Assembly: GCA_964451325.1 (NCBI GenBank)
Contig: CAYVHO010000008.1
Span: forward strand, 5,537 to 69,536
Direction of reading: 5' to 3'
Length of the DNA: 64,000 nt
Source: an uncultured Nitrospira sp.
Lineage (GTDB): Bacteria; Nitrospirota; Nitrospiria; SBBL01; JAADHI01
In this document: one piece after another, positions 62,525 to 64,000 of the stretch
Position numbering within the stretch: position 1 is the stretch's first letter
Layout of the letters: every line of letters begins with the position of its first letter
The notes under the pieces: generated by a model
The model's database searches: none
Seen by the model: only the letters and a program-made list of their open reading frames with translations
What the model was told of the DNA's origin: nothing
Program-made: the position numbers and the translations under genes

Positions 62525-64000
62525 ATGAAAACAAAGTACTGGATTATTTTTTTTACATGCGGTCTTGCCTTCCTTTTTCATGGCTGTAATTCGGAGCCAT
62601 TTCCCATTGGGGGAAATCAGGACGCCGGGTTTCAAGTCCCCCTTGTCCCGACTTATACCTTTAATTTTAAAACGGGTTCTGGTGCCATTACGGGTGAGCA
62701 GGGAAATCTAAGGATTGTTTCCGGTGCGGATATTAAAAACCTGCTTGCTGCCACGCCGGGAATTAGTGAGCAACGTTCAGATCGCGGCGTGATCAGTGGC
62801 ATTGTTGTGGATGAATTAGGGCGTTCCCTTTCGAGTGTTTCTATTGGGGCCCTGGATAAGGCCGGACGGATTATCCGAAATGTAGATGGCACTGTGAGAG
62901 CCGCAATTACCAATGCCGAAGGAGATGTTGTTGCAGAAGTTCTCTACAATAGCATTAACGGTGTGCCTGAATTTGTGAATACCTCCGGCACCTCTGTTTC
63001 AGGCAGTTTTACCGCACTGAATGTGCCTCCGGGAGTGCATTTTATCAAGGCGGTTCAGGGCGGGCGGGGCAATGCCCGTGTCAATATTTTTGCGGGCAGT
63101 CTGTCGCTCATTGATCTGGCGGTTTTTCCCGTCAGCTTGCCTGCTGTTGATATTACGGGTGTTGTCCGAGGACGAGATGGTTTGACACCTGTGGGTCAAA
63201 CAGACATTCGTTTTGCAGGGGTAGGTGGCCAGTTGACGACGGGCAGCGCAAGCGCATTCAGTCTCTCTGGTTTGAGTGCGGAAAGCACCTTTCTGGTTAA
63301 AACAGGGGCTGCAGGGCATGTGGACACTTATCAGGAAATGTTCACCGATTTGGGCACATTGACTTTGACCTCGGTGACCCCCCAGATCACCAAAAATTTC
63401 ACCACAATTTCGACACCGGATTTTCAGGCGATGGTGGCAGCGACAGGGGCCTCCGTCATTTCAGGCCGAGGGACATTGTTCGGTAAGGCCGTCGCGCTGA
63501 ATGGGAAAAAGCGTGAGGTCACCCTGTCCGTGACAGACAGCGGAGGCAATGCGATTGGGGAGGTTTATTATTTCCCCTCCGGGGGTGATTTGCCTGTTTG
63601 CAATGATGCCAATATTGGAACGTGTTTAACAAAAACATCCGCCGAGGGGCAGTTTCTGATCTTGAATCTCCCTCCGGGCTTGGTGTTTATCAAGGCCTAC
63701 GCAGAAGTCGCCTCCGAAGAGGTCCTTGGAGAGACGATTAAATCGACAGGCACATTCGTGACTTCTGTTTTTTCGGACGGAATTAAGTTAAATGACGTTA
63801 CTTTACGGGTGACACTTCGAGAAGATCCTAACGCCGCGTCTCCCCCAAAGCCTCCCACCTGGTACAGCATGGCGCTTACGGGAACGGTTCGCACAGATGA
63901 TCGCATTACGCCGGTGGAAGGGGTCGATATTTCAATCTTAGGTCAGGCGGGGGTTCTGACGTCTTCAGATGTGACCACGGGTGACTATACGATTGCTGCG
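62525..64000 (+). CDS. Lipoprotein with repeated carboxypeptidase-regulatory-like (Ig/transthyretin-like) modules. 3'-partial, runs off the window
   Basis: Not in the supplied track. My own translation from ATG 62525 (GAGGG RBS) is open for all 492 codons to the window end. N-terminus MKTKYWIIFFTCGLAFLFHGC (lipobox-like). Recurring ISG.VVDE.G, ITGVVRGRDG and LTGTVRTDD starts, plus repeated NxPPGxxFIKA motifs. Confidence 0.75.
   Translation, partial: MKTKYWIIFFTCGLAFLFHGCNSEPFPIGGNQDAGFQVPLVPTYTFNFKTGSGAITGEQGNLRIVSGADIKNLLAATPGISEQRSDRGVISGIVVDELGRSLSSVSIGALDKAGRIIRNVDGTVRAAITNAEGDVVAEVLYNSINGVPEFVNTSGTSVSGSFTALNVPPGVHFIKAVQGGRGNARVNIFAGSLSLIDLAVFPVSLPAVDITGVVRGRDGLTPVGQTDIRFAGVGGQLTTGSASAFSLSGLSAESTFLVKTGAAGHVDTYQEMFTDLGTLTLTSVTPQITKNFTTISTPDFQAMVAATGASVISGRGTLFGKAVALNGKKREVTLSVTDSGGNAIGEVYYFPSGGDLPVCNDANIGTCLTKTSAEGQFLILNLPPGLVFIKAYAEVASEEVLGETIKSTGTFVTSVFSDGIKLNDVTLRVTLREDPNAASPPKPPTWYSMALTGTVRTDDRITPVEGVDISILGQAGVLTSSDVTTGDYTIAA

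Overview
The window looks like a chromosomal segment of a diderm (Gram-negative-type) bacterium. The evidence is a TonB-dependent receptor, beta-barrel outer-membrane candidates, lipoproteins, a LapA-domain protein and a PEP-CTERM protein. About 60 genes are tightly packed on both strands, often with 4-nt start/stop overlaps. Most of the window is ordinary housekeeping or metabolism:
- CDF transporter, two Glu/Leu-type dehydrogenases, ureohydrolase plus class III aminotransferase
- M16 peptidase pair, DsrE/F/H-like trio, CaCA antiporter, aldo-keto reductase, MalQ
- orn, alr, frr, pyrH, and the run pdxJ-acpS-nnr-tsaE-UDG-HIT
- rdgB-rph, rlmN, Ni-SOD with its maturation protease, tRNA-Arg(UCU) and tRNA-Pro(UGG)

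Three regions look accessory and carry the interesting signals.
1. 12.9-15.2 kb encodes a 690-aa surface protein with six Fn3-like domains and an unclassified C-terminal sorting-like tail. Its leader contains a c-di-GMP-I (GEMM-I) riboswitch-like element and a -24/-12 (sigma54-like) element.
2. 50.6-51.5 kb encodes a PEP-CTERM protein behind a near-consensus sigma54 promoter.
3. 56.3-64.0 kb, my top candidate for an undescribed system, has three consecutive genes. The first encodes a strongly signalled secreted Gly/Thr/Asn-rich protein with paired cysteines. The second is a 1590-aa protein with a signal peptide, a long TPR array and two beta-rich modules, the C-terminal one DUF1302-like. The third is a lipoprotein built of carboxypeptidase-regulatory-like modules, an ORF that is absent from the supplied track because it runs off the window end.

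Other notable items:
- a near-consensus sigma28 promoter driving an orphan mini FlgC-like rod protein
- a gamma-glutamylation-type catabolic operon (GS-like, ALDH, Fe-ADH, GATase1)
- a PAS-GGDEF-EAL protein whose GGDEF motif is degenerate (EEDQF) but keeps the RxxD I-site
- a frameshifted YceK-like lipoprotein gene
- a molybdopterin-domain protein with a long His-rich tail
- a decayed REP-associated tyrosine transposase relic

No rRNA, CRISPR array or intact mobile element was seen. All functional calls come from reading motifs in the translations by eye. No database search was run.
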